From positions 1-52,653 of the forward strand of contig CAYGBS010000001.1 of NCBI GenBank assembly GCA_964348215.1: a DNA stretch of 52,653 nucleotides, written 5' to 3'. The notes under the pieces were generated by a model, which ran no database searches, was not told where the DNA came from, and saw only the letters and a program-made list of their open reading frames with translations. Source of the stretch: an uncultured Candidatus Bathyarchaeia archaeon. Lineage in GTDB: Archaea; Thermoproteota; Bathyarchaeia; Bathyarchaeales; SOJC01. Positions 18,860-28,904 of this stretch are shown here, one piece after another. The position numbers and the translations under genes were made by a program. Every line of letters starts with the position of its first letter. Position 1 is the stretch's first letter.

Positions 18860-19656
18860 CACTTTTCCCTTTTGAAACTTCCCTTTCCACCAGCTTTCAA
18901 GATCGCTTTTGTAGCTGCTTCTGAAGCCTTTTGAAGAATTGTTTCGGCTTGTTTATAGTTTTCGGCTTCTACCTTCAGACGGTACCTTGGCGACGCAATC
19001 GTGTAAATATGAACCTTTGCTGTGTTTGGGGTTGAGACTCGCTGAGCTGTGTGCAGGGCATCTTTAATTATGTTGACACCGTTTGGTTTGTTGATAGAGA
19101 GCTGTAGAACACCTTTTACTTCGACCAGAGGAGGTCGGATTTTCTCTTGGGCTAACTTAGCCAACGTGTCTGCAATGTCTTGGGGAATGCCAACTTTCGT
19201 CAGTGCATCGGAACCTTGGCGGTTTGCTTCTTCGAGTGCTGTGTAAACGTCACCGTAGGTTTCTTCCATAGGAACGGCTGCTTTTTCTGTTACTTCTTCA
19301 AAAGGTTTGTGGAGTTTTTCAGCAGTGATGCGGAGAAAGGTCTCAGCTTTTCTCTCATGCTTGAAGGCGTAGATTTTGCCTATACGTTGACTTTTGGTGA
19401 CGCGTTTACGGGAGAGATCTATGTGTTTCTTGTTTCGATCGACTCGAAGGACTTTGAGAACGAGCTTTTGGCCTTCACGAACGTGGTTACGTATGTTGCG
19501 AATCCAGCTTGTGCTAATCTCGTTTCGGTGGAGAAGGCCTTCTTTATCGCCGTACTCTTCGAGGGTGACATAGGCGCCATAGTCAGTGACTTTTTTCACC
19601 GTGGCAAGGACAAGTTCACCTCTTTCTGGCCATTCCTGTTTCTGGAGAAGTGGCAT
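18859..19656 (-). CDS. eif2a: Translation initiation factor aIF2 alpha subunit
   Basis: N-terminal S1 domain (GELVLATVKKVTDYGAYVTLEEY), about 265 aa, in the conserved context. Confidence 0.9.
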   Translation of the reverse strand: MPLLQKQEWPERGELVLATVKKVTDYGAYVTLEEYGDKEGLLHRNEISTSWIRNIRNHVREGQKLVLKVLRVDRNKKHIDLSRKRVTKSQRIGKIYAFKHERKAETFLRITAEKLHKPFEEVTEKAAVPMEETYGDVYTALEEANRQGSDALTKVGIPQDIADTLAKLAQEKIRPPLVEVKGVLQLSINKPNGVNIIKDALHTAQRVSTPNTAKVHIYTIASPRYRLKVEAENYKQAETILQKASEAATKAILKAGGKGSFKREK

Positions 19657-19667
19657 TGCTTAGAACC

Positions 19668-19868
19668 TCACTCCAGTTTGGCGGTGATTTCGCCCTTGAT
19701 TTTCGCTTTGCCTCCTGTAGGAATGGCGAGAGTTGTTTGGCATATGTTGCATTTAACGATGTTTGTAGGGTTGCTGAAGACAAGTTGCTCATTACCACAG
19801 TCAGGGCAACGTACTCGCAGGAAGTAGGATCTAGGTTTTGGTATGAGACTTTCCCAGTCTGTGCTCAT
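19668..19868 (-). CDS. rps27e: Ribosomal protein S27e
   Basis: 66 aa, zinc ribbon CPDCGNEQ...CNICQT. Confidence 0.9.
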   Translation of the reverse strand: MSTDWESLIPKPRSYFLRVRCPDCGNEQLVFSNPTNIVKCNICQTTLAIPTGGKAKIKGEITAKLE

Positions 19869-19871
19869 GGT

Positions 19872-20156
19872 TTAGCCTTGACCTCCGATGGTTAGTTTTC
19901 TTAGTCGGATGCCTTTCCTTTGGACTGTATAGCCGCATTGTTTGCATTTAAGCTTGAGAGTTTGTTTTTTGGTCGTTTTGGCGAATCTCTTCTGAAGTGG
20001 CCAGCCTTGGCCGCCGTATCCCTTTTTCTCCCTTTCGTGGCGCCGAGTTCCTAAAGCTAAGGCTCGTCCTTTTCCAGCTTTGTAAAGGCTTACAGAGTGT
20101 TCTGTGTGAGTCTTACATTTCGGACAGTACGTGTTTATTGTCTTCGGAACGTTCAT
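19872..20156 (-). CDS. rpl44e: Ribosomal protein L44e (eL42)
   Basis: 94 aa, CPKCKTHTEH ... KCKQCGY, very basic. Confidence 0.9.
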   Translation of the reverse strand: MNVPKTINTYCPKCKTHTEHSVSLYKAGKGRALALGTRRHEREKKGYGGQGWPLQKRFAKTTKKQTLKLKCKQCGYTVQRKGIRLRKLTIGGQG

Positions 20157-20204
20157 GATTCGTCCACTAGCATCTTGTTGCGTTTAGGTTACACAGAAAC
20201 CAAC

Positions 20205-20212
20205 AATATAAA
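20205..20212 (-). promoter_or_regulatory. Candidate TATA box (TTTATATT on the minus strand) for the rpl44e-rps27e-eif2a-nop10 operon
   Basis: AT-rich box about 50 nt upstream of the rpl44e ATG. Confidence 0.3.
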
Positions 20213-20426
20213 CATTTAATAACCTACATATGACTTTGAGCGCCTCATCATGTGGCAACCCGTAATCTCATAAGCATTAGATCCATGCTTGAGTCATATG
20301 GTAAACGACCGTCATACGAGTTCTCATGCATATATGACGCTGACGGTCAATCAATCTGCGCCTCACAAGACCAACTCAGCTTTGCAAGCCAAACAGAAAC
20401 AGATCAATCACACACGCATGGCAAAG

Positions 20427-21515
20427 TTATTGATTCACACCGTGTTTAGCCCAAATGCAGCAAGTCCCTTCCACAGAAACCATACAAGCTCCTTTTGGTG
20501 ACTCCGGTGTGCAACCATCCATAAACAAGGGACATTCACTCGGTTTAATCTTTCCGATCATAACTAGGTGACATAAACATCCAGGCAAAAGATCGCGTGC
20601 CGATTCCACCTTTACGTTGTGCTTCTTCCGAGCATCCCACTTTTCATATTCACTTTTCAAAGCCAATGCTGAGGCGGGCAACCTTCCTAAACCTCGCCAT
20701 TTACCGTCGACAACATCAAAAACACGGTTGATAAGTTTCAAAGCTTTTGGGTTACCCTCCCACTTAACCACCCTTCCATACTCATTCTCTAATCTAGCCA
20801 CAGAATCCCTGAACTGCTGTAGCAACATGTCAACCGCAAATAGAACATCCAAAGGTTCGAAACCAGCCACCACAACCGGCATTCTATAAGCACTTGAAAA
20901 CACCTCGTAGGGTTTCAAGCCGATTATGGCTGAAACATGACCGGGTGCAATGAATCCATCGATATGTAGATCCCCAATTCCTAACAGCAACTCCATCGCT
21001 GGCGGAATCAAGCGATGGGAAATCAGAAAGCTGAGGTTCTTTGGAGGCCCTTTTAGTATCTCATTTGCTGTTGAAGGCGCTGTTGTCTCAAAACCTGTGG
21101 CGAAGAAAGCAAACTCTTTACGTGGTTCTTCTTTGGCCATCTTCACAGAATTACTCACACTGTAAACAACTCGCACATCACCTCCCTCAGCCCTTGCTTT
21201 CGCTAAAGAAGAGCTTGAACCTGGCACTCGCAAAACATCTCCAAACGTCGTTACAGTGACACCTTTCAAAGCTAACTTAACGGTTTCATCAATCTCTGTT
21301 GCAGGCAGAACACAGACAGGTCATCCGGGTCCAGCGATTACCTCTATTTGTCTTGGCAAAAGACTGCGTAGCCCAAAGTGAGTTACTGTCCACTCATGAG
21401 TTCCACAAACATGACAGAATTTCACCGAATAATCAGGAGCAAGCTCCTGAATGTGCGCTGTAATCTGCTTGGCCAACCCCGGGTCACGGAACCCAGCTAA
21501 CTCTTCCAAGTGCAA
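20427..21515 (-). CDS. hypD: [NiFe]-hydrogenase maturation protein HypD, interrupted by a single in-frame TGA at 21321-21323 (Sec candidate or nonsense lesion)
   Basis: ORFs 21321..21515 and 20427..21269 share one frame. The joined translation reads ...FCHVCGTHEW...IAGPG[TGA]PVCVLPATEID...FGDVLRVPGS...FIAPGHVS...; compare E. coli IHGPGCPVCVLP. Confidence 0.85.
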
Positions 21516-21519
21516 ACCT

Positions 21520-21891
21520 CTAAGTCAGCATTTTGATGCGCTTAATTACGCAGTCTTTTCCGCGCACGATTTCAACTGTACCATCGCATTTTGGACACTG
21601 CAGAGTAGGCACCGGGACATGGAAAGCCTTGTCATCAATGTACTTAAAACCGCCTTCGTATCCACATTTTCTGCAGTGTACAGTACCCTCACTTTCTTCA
21701 ACAACAAGTCTTGAGCCTTCCATGATAGTATCTTTTGTCAACATTTCGTACCAAAACATAATCTGTTCAGGGTTCAGAAAAGTCAAAGAACCTATAACAA
21801 GATTTACTTCAACTACTTTCTTTGCTTTTTGTGTATCCGCTTCTTTCATCACAGATTCGACAATTTGCATAGTTATTGAGCCTTCATGCAT
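21520..21891 (-). CDS. hypA: Hydrogenase nickel-insertion protein HypA
   Basis: Starts MHE. Two CxxC pairs (CRKCGY / CPKCDG). Confidence 0.9.
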   Translation of the reverse strand: MHEGSITMQIVESVMKEADTQKAKKVVEVNLVIGSLTFLNPEQIMFWYEMLTKDTIMEGSRLVVEESEGTVHCRKCGYEGGFKYIDDKAFHVPVPTLQCPKCDGTVEIVRGKDCVIKRIKMLT

Positions 21892-21908
21892 TTCTTTGCA
21901 AAGTCCTT

Positions 21909-22598
21909 TTACAGATTCAGAGCCTTAACCACTTTTTTGACGCCTTTGCCGCTGCGGCAGTTGGTGAAAACGACTCTTGCTTCCGGATTAATATCTTCCA
22001 CATCAGCTCTAAGCTTGTTCAAGTCAATTTTCATAGCCTCTGCTAGATCTATCTTGTTTATGACGACAACTTCGGCATCCATGAAAATGAATGGATGCTT
22101 GATAACCATGTAGGGTCCTTCTGTAACGCTGATAACCACTATCCGCTTTTCGCAGCCCAGAGGAAACTCAGCTGGGCAAATGAGGTTGCCGACGTTTTCT
22201 ATGAAGAGCAGATTTATTATGTTGAGATTGAGCTGCTGTAGTGCTTTCTTCACTAGATTTGCGTCTAAGTGGCATTCCTTACCTGTGTTTATTGCTACAA
22301 CTTCTACACTATGACGTTTGATAATCTCAGCATCAATCGTTGTTGTTAGATCGCCTTTGAAAACAGCTATGTTATGGTCCTTCTTAAGAAGTTTAACAAG
22401 TCTTTCGAGCAGTGATGTTTTTCCAGCTCCAATGGAGCCCATCACATCAATTGCTACGATGCCATGCTTTTTCAGGAGTTCTCTGTTTTTCTCAGCCAGT
22501 TTTCGGTTTTCCCTTAGAACGCTCTCCTCCAATTCTAAGTCGAAAATCTCTCCTTCATCAGCCTTCACAACACGTTCAAAACTCTTTGACATGAACAA
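21909..22598 (-). CDS. hypB: Hydrogenase accessory GTPase HypB
   Basis: P-loop GSIGAGKTSLL, plus ENVGNLICPAEF and NKIDL. Confidence 0.9.
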   Translation of the reverse strand: MFMSKSFERVVKADEGEIFDLELEESVLRENRKLAEKNRELLKKHGIVAIDVMGSIGAGKTSLLERLVKLLKKDHNIAVFKGDLTTTIDAEIIKRHSVEVVAINTGKECHLDANLVKKALQQLNLNIINLLFIENVGNLICPAEFPLGCEKRIVVISVTEGPYMVIKHPFIFMDAEVVVINKIDLAEAMKIDLNKLRADVEDINPEARVVFTNCRSGKGVKKVVKALNL

Positions 22599-22611
22599 AC
22601 TCCTATAGATT

Positions 22612-22842
22612 TTACGCGTTTGGCTCTTCCATTTTTAGAATTTCGTTCCACAGCCTAAGTGTTTCATGAGCCTCTTCTTTATCAATTACTTGGATGGCGT
22701 AGCCTGCGTGAACCAAGACGTATTCGTCAACCTTTGCCTCTACCAGTGCAATGTTTACTTCTCTAAGAACACCTTCTCCAAAGTCCACTTTAGCTACGTC
22801 ACCACGGATTTCCTCAACTCTCGCTGGGATTGCCAAACACAT
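22612..22842 (-). CDS. hypC: Hydrogenase assembly chaperone HypC
   Basis: 76 aa, N-terminal MCLAIPARV. Confidence 0.9.
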   Translation of the reverse strand: MCLAIPARVEEIRGDVAKVDFGEGVLREVNIALVEAKVDEYVLVHAGYAIQVIDKEEAHETLRLWNEILKMEEPNA

Positions 22843-22975
22843 TTTCTATCATTTATCGAAAATCTCTCCTCTAATAAATGAGTTTTGGATTACAGCTGTG
22901 GATGTACAAGGATCTTGGATAAAGAAGAATAGATTTATCTTATAGAAAATACTTACATATTATTATTGGGTAAGC

Positions 22976-23236
22976 ATGGATTTTACATTCAGGAGAAGGG
23001 GGGTACTCGCTATTTCCGTAGCCATTTTGAAGGCAGCAAGGAAGGGAATCAGGACTACCCATTTGCTTTACTCAGCTCGTTTAAGTTGTGAACAGCTTAA
23101 CAGATATATTGATCTTCTGGAAGACGGAGATTTTATTGAAAGGCGTGGCAGACTCTATAGAACTACAGAAAGAGGATTTGAGTTGATTGAAGAATTCGAA
23201 TCTTCACCACTAACACGCAGTATACTAACTACGTGA
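22976..23236 (+). CDS. Small winged-helix DNA-binding protein
   Basis: 86 aa: ILKAARKGIRTTHLLYSARLSCEQLNRYIDLLEDGDFIERRGRLYRTTERG, a wHTH pattern. Lies between hypC and hypF on the opposite strand. Confidence 0.55.
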   Translation: MDFTFRRRGVLAISVAILKAARKGIRTTHLLYSARLSCEQLNRYIDLLEDGDFIERRGRLYRTTERGFELIEEFESSPLTRSILTT

Positions 23237-23266
23237 TACAATGAGAACGCCCACATACGTTTCCCC

Positions 23267-23273
23267 TTTTTTT
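23267..23273 (+). terminator. Oligo-T tract (T7), candidate archaeal terminator for the wHTH gene
   Basis: CCCCTTTTTTTCTC lies 31 nt after the stop codon, in a convergent intergenic gap. Confidence 0.3.
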
Positions 23274-23329
23274 CTCGTAAGTAATGTCTATCTAAAGAGA
23301 AGCTTATCTAGACATCATAGGCCTCAAAA

Positions 23330-25615
23330 TCAGTGGCAATGAGCCGCAGACATCGCGGCTGCAAGGGCTTGCCCGAAGGAAATTCCTCCATCTCCAGCGG
23401 GAAGTGTATGGTGGACGTACAGTCTGACGCCATTTTGTTCCACGTGCTTTTTCATGGTTAACATAATGTGTTCGTTGTAGGCTACTCCGCCTGAGAATCC
23501 TACAGCGTTTACTCCTGTCTCTTGCGCTGCTTCAAGTGCTAGTTGAGCTAAGCCTTTTGCCAAATATGACTGGGCGGAGTAAGCCAGGTTAGCAGTGGAA
23601 AAACTATCTTTTGCTTCAAAAACAGCCCTTGCAATTTCAGTTGTGTTAAGAATTCCGCTGGCGATTTCTGGTTCCAGCTTTAACACATCATGGCCATGGC
23701 TCGCCGCTGACTCCAGCTTCATCGCTGGTTCTCCTTGGTACGTTCTTTCATAACAGATGTCCAGAATAGCTGAAACAGCGTCTAAGACTCGTCCGCAGCT
23801 TGTGGTGGTTAAGGACGAGGAGTGCTTGCTGCAAAGCTGGTTGATTATTGTTTGCGCTTCTTTTTCCCTGTAGGGAAGATGTTTGCTGTTTTTTGAAAGC
23901 CAATCTTCAACGGCCACTGTGTCCCCTAGTATTCCCGCTGCCATTCGAAGGGGATAGCGTGTCGCCAAGTCGCCTCCAATTAAAGGCTGCTCTTGAAGAT
24001 GACCTATTCGCTCAAAGCGATTTTTGCTACAATAGAGAACTTCGCCTCCCCAGGGCCTTCCATCTGTCCCATATCCATATCCGTCACAGATTATTCCCAC
24101 AATTTCGTCTAACCCGTACTCTCCCATTAAGGAAAGCATATGAGCGTGATGATGTTGAACAGGCAAGACTGAGCAACCGTTCTTAACTGCAATTTCCTGC
24201 GCTAGCCTTGCAGTGGCAAACTTCGGGTGCAAATCACACGCAATCATGTCAAGCCTGACGTTTGTCAGAGTCATTAGGTGACGAATCGTGTTCTTCAGGA
24301 ATTTGAAGGTTTCAACCTTCTCTACGTCGCCTATGTATTGGGACACAAAGGCTTTGTCGCGCAATAGAATGCATGAAGTTACGTTTTCGTTTGCACCTAC
24401 GCCTAGTACGCATTTGCCAAACGATTTTTTCAGAATGAGGGGTTTTGGTGCATATCCACGTGATCTGCGGATGAAACATGGTTTTTTGTTATGTAGTCGA
24501 AGGACTGAGTCATCGCATCTTTGAGCGATCACCCTGTTGTGAAGTAAGAAATAATCCACCGTAGAGTGGTACTTCTTCAAAGCTTTACCATCGTCGATGA
24601 CTATCGGTTCGCTCGGGTGGTTAGCACTTGTCATGACAAAGGCTGGCTCTCTCACTTTATCAAACAGCATTACATGTAAACCGGTATACGGCAGCATTAC
24701 ACCGATGTTGTGCAAGCCTGGCGCAATTAATTCTGAGAGGTAATAACTTTCTGCTTTGTCAAGGAGCAGTATAGGTCTGGTATGTGATGATAATTTCTCT
24801 TCTTCTTTGACGCTAACACTTGCGAAAGTGCGAACAGTGTCTAAGTCTCGTGCCATAACCGCAAAGGGTTTGTGGGCTCTATGCTTAACATGCCTGAGTC
24901 TAAGGATAGGCTCATGTTTAGTTGTGGCGGTCGCTACATGAAAGCCGCCATAGCCTTTAATTGCAAGTACATATCCATCCTCCAGTAAACGTCCAGCTTC
25001 CCGTATTGGATCCTTTGAAGAAAGAAGCCGGCCTTCGTTTGTCGTTAAGTATACTTTCGGTCCACATTCAGGACAGGCCATAGTTTGTGCGTGGAACCTT
25101 CTGTTGGCAGGATCGGCATACTCATCTTTGCAGAATTCACACATCTCAAAATTCTGCATTGTGGTGTTTTTCCTATCGTAGCGCAGTTTGCAGATTGTTG
25201 TGTAGCGAGATCCACAATCTGTGCAAGTAATAAAGAAGTAGTTATGTCTCGGGTTTGTTGGATCACGCAGTTCCTTTAGGCATTCGTCACATGTGGCGAT
25301 GTCTGGTGGAACAACTGAGCCTATTAGTTCTTTTGTTTCCGAGCTTTCAAGAATCGTGAATTCTGCGAGAGTTCCTTTTTCCTTGGAATATCGTACAAGC
25401 GTTTTGTAAATGCGTGCTTGGGGTGGCTTCTCCTTTCTCAAGTCGTCTAAAAAGTGTTTCATAGCCTGCTTGCTGCCTTCCACAACTATTTCGACTCCAG
25501 CGTCGCCGCGATTTCTCACATAGCCCTTCAAGCCATTTGCCGTAGCTATGCGGTAGATGAAAGGACGGAATCCTACGCCCTGAACGATGCCTAGTACTTT
25601 GACCTCTGCGCGCAC
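23330..25615 (-). CDS. hypF: Carbamoyltransferase HypF
   Basis: 761 aa. Acylphosphatase domain (VQGVGFRPF), two CxxC-x18-CxxC zinc-finger motifs, then YrdC-like and Kae1-like domains. GTG start. Confidence 0.9.
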   Translation of the reverse strand: MRAEVKVLGIVQGVGFRPFIYRIATANGLKGYVRNRGDAGVEIVVEGSKQAMKHFLDDLRKEKPPQARIYKTLVRYSKEKGTLAEFTILESSETKELIGSVVPPDIATCDECLKELRDPTNPRHNYFFITCTDCGSRYTTICKLRYDRKNTTMQNFEMCEFCKDEYADPANRRFHAQTMACPECGPKVYLTTNEGRLLSSKDPIREAGRLLEDGYVLAIKGYGGFHVATATTKHEPILRLRHVKHRAHKPFAVMARDLDTVRTFASVSVKEEEKLSSHTRPILLLDKAESYYLSELIAPGLHNIGVMLPYTGLHVMLFDKVREPAFVMTSANHPSEPIVIDDGKALKKYHSTVDYFLLHNRVIAQRCDDSVLRLHNKKPCFIRRSRGYAPKPLILKKSFGKCVLGVGANENVTSCILLRDKAFVSQYIGDVEKVETFKFLKNTIRHLMTLTNVRLDMIACDLHPKFATARLAQEIAVKNGCSVLPVQHHHAHMLSLMGEYGLDEIVGIICDGYGYGTDGRPWGGEVLYCSKNRFERIGHLQEQPLIGGDLATRYPLRMAAGILGDTVAVEDWLSKNSKHLPYREKEAQTIINQLCSKHSSSLTTTSCGRVLDAVSAILDICYERTYQGEPAMKLESAASHGHDVLKLEPEIASGILNTTEIARAVFEAKDSFSTANLAYSAQSYLAKGLAQLALEAAQETGVNAVGFSGGVAYNEHIMLTMKKHVEQNGVRLYVHHTLPAGDGGISFGQALAAAMSAAHCH

Positions 25616-26130
25616 TTGTTTGTACTCCTTTTCTGAATTGCAGTTTTGAGACCCAAAATACTTTGCGTTTTCAGTGTCGTAGCGTTGTGGAATTGATCGC
25701 TGAGGAGATTGGCTATTTCGACGTGTAGTACGTGATTGACGGACAAAACATTACGGGTTTTTCCTGTAGTTTTGTTTGAGATATATATCGGTTTTCGAAA
25801 TAAGTCCTTTATTAAGATTTACTATAGCTTATGTTTTAGGCGGGACCTGTGAAAAAGCTTAAGGGGCAACAAACTGTCGACTTGCTTGCTCTTCCACAAA
25901 AAGAAAGAATACGTCTTTGCAAAGAGATCCGTAACATTCTTCAGCAAAGAGTCTTCAGACGAAAGGAATCTGCAACGGAAAGCTAATATAGAAAAGCAAC
26001 GGTCTTGTGGACGCCGAGAGATGTCCGCGAAGAACCTAAAATCCTATCTCATATGGGTCAGCGACTATGGATTATCAAATTACTCAGTTCAGTTGTGTTG
26101 ATACTGTTTCCCAACATGTCTTTCGTTTGA

Positions 26131-28164
26131 TTACACTAGGGCAAATACAACAATGAGCGGGGCAAAGACTGAAGCAACAAGCGACATAACTGTGATCATT
26201 GTGTTTAACGAGGGGCCTGCAGTGTCTTTAAATGGGTCGCCCACAGTGTCGCCTATGACCGCAGCTTTGTGGGCATCTGAACCTTTGCCTCCAAGTTCTC
26301 CTGCTTCAATATACTTCTTAGCGTTGTCCCATAGGCCGCCAGAGTTTGCCATTAGCAAAGCAAAGATTAAGCCTGAGAATATAGTGCCGCCTAGGTAGCC
26401 TCCTAAGGCTTCAATTCCCCCTGCAAAACCTACTATCAAAGTGGCAGCGATTGTAACTATGCTAGCAGGCATCAGTTCTTTCAAAGCTCCTTTTGTCGCA
26501 ATATCCACGCATTTTGCGTAGTCAGGTTTTACTCCTTTTTTTCCTTCCTTTAAGCCAGGAATTTCCCTGAACTGTCTACGGACCTCTTCTATCATTATGA
26601 AAGCGTTCTTTCCGACACTGAGCATGACCATAGCTGAGAAGAGCGGTGGCATGGCTATACCTATAAGGGCACCTGTTAGAACTAGGGGGTTCATCAAGTC
26701 GAAGCTGATGATGTTTCCAGTTGCCCTCTGAATAATTTCTTGATAAGCTGCAAGCAATGCAAGAACGGTAAGCCCTGCAGCTCCAATCGCGAAACCTTTT
26801 GTTATGGCTTTGGCAGTGTTACCTGCAGCGTCAAGACGATCCGCGATATCGATAACTTCTTCCTCCATGCCAGCTTGCTCTGCAATTCCTTTAGAATTGT
26901 CCACTATTGGACCGTATGCGTCACCGGCAACAATCATGCCTACTATTGAAAGCATTCCAACAGCACTCATTCCAACTCCATAGACCCCAAACCCTGGGCC
27001 TAAGCTGTTGCAGATGAAGTATGCCACTGCAGATGCAATGCCTATGCCGAGGAGGGGTGGAAACATGCTGATTAGACCATAAGAGAAGCCGGATATGATG
27101 TTAATCGCAGCACCAGTCTGGGAAGACTCGGCGGTTCTTTTCGCTGGCAATCGATCTATGGACGTGAAATAATCAGTAGTGATACCGATTATGATGCCGG
27201 CAATTAATCCAACTGTGAGTGCTCCCCAAATTTCCACTGGGTATGCCAAATGGTAGACAATTAATAACGTGAGAATAATGAGGATAGTGCAAGTGAAGTA
27301 TGTTCCCCAGTTAAGAGCCTTTCCAGGATTTCCTTCTTTGCCGACTCTTACTACCGCTACTCCAATTATTGAAGCAATTATTCCTAACCCTGCAAATACA
27401 AGGGGCAGATTTGTGTAAGCCCCAGCATCTCCTAAAGAAGATCCTAAGATCATTACTGCAACGATGCTGGCAACGTAAGAGTCGAAGAGGTCAGCGCCCA
27501 TTCCAGCCACATCACCGACGTTATCACCGACATTGTCTGCAATTACAGCGGGGTTTCGAGGATCGTCTTCTGGAATTCCCATTTCAACTTTTCCAACCAA
27601 GTCAGCACCAACATCGGCTGTCTTAGTGTATATCCCTCCACCTGCTTTGGCGAACAAGGCCATCGCGCTGGCTCCGAAGCTGAAACCTAACACCAGTTCA
27701 GGGCTACCTGTAAGAAAGTAAACAACCGAGACTCCTAAGAGTGCTAGACCCACTACAGAAAGCCCCATCACTGCACCTCCTCGGAAAGCTATTGGAAAGG
27801 CTTTGTTTAGTCCCTCGCGAGCAGCATTGGCAGTTCTTACGTTGGCTCGTATGGCAACTTCCATTCCCAGGAAGCCAGCAAGGGCGGAGCAAATTGAACC
27901 GAAAATATAGGCGGGTCCGATTTCGATACCCATATCCATATAAATGCCAAGGGCAACTGTCAAGATTGCTGCCATGATAGCTACGAAGACTGCTAGTGCC
28001 ACGTACTCCCTTTTGAGAAAAGCTCTCGCACCTTCTTTGATTGCATCAGAAATCTCCTGCATTTTTGGTGTTCCGCTGCTTTTGCTGTTTACGTAGAAGT
28101 ATAGATATACCGAGAAAACCACGGCAGCTAACGCTGCTATAGGTGCAACTAAAATCCAAGTCAT
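26131..28164 (-). CDS. hppA: Membrane-bound H+(Na+)-translocating pyrophosphatase
   Basis: About 677 aa and polytopic. Motifs [29 protein letters not shown] and [12 protein letters not shown] prefer ATG 28164 (AAGGTGA 8 nt upstream) over the track GTG at 28176. Confidence 0.9.
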   Translation of the reverse strand: MTWILVAPIAALAAVVFSVYLYFYVNSKSSGTPKMQEISDAIKEGARAFLKREYVALAVFVAIMAAILTVALGIYMDMGIEIGPAYIFGSICSALAGFLGMEVAIRANVRTANAAREGLNKAFPIAFRGGAVMGLSVVGLALLGVSVVYFLTGSPELVLGFSFGASAMALFAKAGGGIYTKTADVGADLVGKVEMGIPEDDPRNPAVIADNVGDNVGDVAGMGADLFDSYVASIVAVMILGSSLGDAGAYTNLPLVFAGLGIIASIIGVAVVRVGKEGNPGKALNWGTYFTCTILIILTLLIVYHLAYPVEIWGALTVGLIAGIIIGITTDYFTSIDRLPAKRTAESSQTGAAINIISGFSYGLISMFPPLLGIGIASAVAYFICNSLGPGFGVYGVGMSAVGMLSIVGMIVAGDAYGPIVDNSKGIAEQAGMEEEVIDIADRLDAAGNTAKAITKGFAIGAAGLTVLALLAAYQEIIQRATGNIISFDLMNPLVLTGALIGIAMPPLFSAMVMLSVGKNAFIMIEEVRRQFREIPGLKEGKKGVKPDYAKCVDIATKGALKELMPASIVTIAATLIVGFAGGIEALGGYLGGTIFSGLIFALLMANSGGLWDNAKKYIEAGELGGKGSDAHKAAVIGDTVGDPFKDTAGPSLNTMITVMSLVASVFAPLIVVFALV

Positions 28165-28339
28165 TGCCACGTTCACCTTTTAGATAGCTTCATGACTTAC
28201 CATGACCATACTTTTAACATTTTCGAAAGGTTCTGCCCTCCCTCTATCCTAATCAAACACTAGGAATTCACGATTTGGTTACTGAAAAAACCGATTGCGG
28301 GACTTTCGAAGTGGTTCTTTAAGGCAGATCAAAGAGCTT

Positions 28340-28759
28340 TTAGATCGGCTCTATCGGCTCTCTCGGCCTTTGTCTTCGTCTCTTCTCAGCTTCCTCTAAC
28401 ACCTTGCTCTCCTCAGCCTCTTTAAGCTTGGCCAAGGGTATCAGTTCCTTTAACTTCTGGGCAAGTTTTTCTGATTCGTGAGCCTCTAGAGGGATAATAA
28501 TGTCTCTTCGTAGTGGAATCACCAGTCTCAACCGGCCATTATCGTCCACTTTCACAGATTCCACTTCGTGTAACGCGATGTCTAGTGGGATTATAGTTTG
28601 AAATAGAACTCCTACGCTTTCTCTCAGCATAGGGTGAGCCTCAACTACGTCTTCAAGCTCTTTCTTGGCTCCTTCCTTCAAGTCTACTTCGAGTACGTCT
28701 TGATGAAGCTTGACAACAAAGTGAGGCTTGTCAACTTTCAAGACTAGGGTTTCAGGCAT
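28340..28759 (-). CDS. Hypothetical protein (beta-rich N-terminal part, charged helical C-terminal tail)
   Basis: 139-aa ORF directly downstream of the 1101-aa gene. I recognise no motif. Confidence 0.4.
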   Translation of the reverse strand: MPETLVLKVDKPHFVVKLHQDVLEVDLKEGAKKELEDVVEAHPMLRESVGVLFQTIIPLDIALHEVESVKVDDNGRLRLVIPLRRDIIIPLEAHESEKLAQKLKELIPLAKLKEAEESKVLEEAEKRRRQRPREPIEPI

Positions 28760-28904
28760 ATCTATCCCATCTCCATTAGTTGCATTTATTATCCGTGTTG
28801 TGAAGTTAAGCTTTGCCCTAAGTTACTGCAAGAGCCTGTATGATTGAAGAAACTATTACTTAGGACTGAAAGCAAACTTCCCGATGTTTCATCTTGAAGA
28901 ACGG

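Noticed and set aside
20241-20365. Direct repeat of the GC-rich 8-mer GCGCCTCA (20241-20248 and 20358-20365) in the hypD/rpl44e spacer.
   Set aside because: Finding one 8-mer twice in ~270 nt is close to chance expectation, and the flanks show no extended similarity.
21270-21320. Bacterial-type SECIS hairpin immediately downstream of the hypD TGA.
   Set aside because: Only a weak 5-bp pairing (UCUGU/ACAGA) with a large loop is visible, and nothing resembles the bacterial SelB-binding stem-loop. Archaea are in any case expected to use UTR SECIS elements.
25616-26130. Possible small genes in the 515-nt hypF/hppA spacer: the track ORF 25886..26101, and a 45-codon GVKKLKGQQ... ORF starting at ~25850.
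   Set aside because: No recognisable motif, no convincing ribosome-binding site, overlapping alternative frames and AT-rich promoter-like sequence. I treat the spacer as non-coding or unknown.
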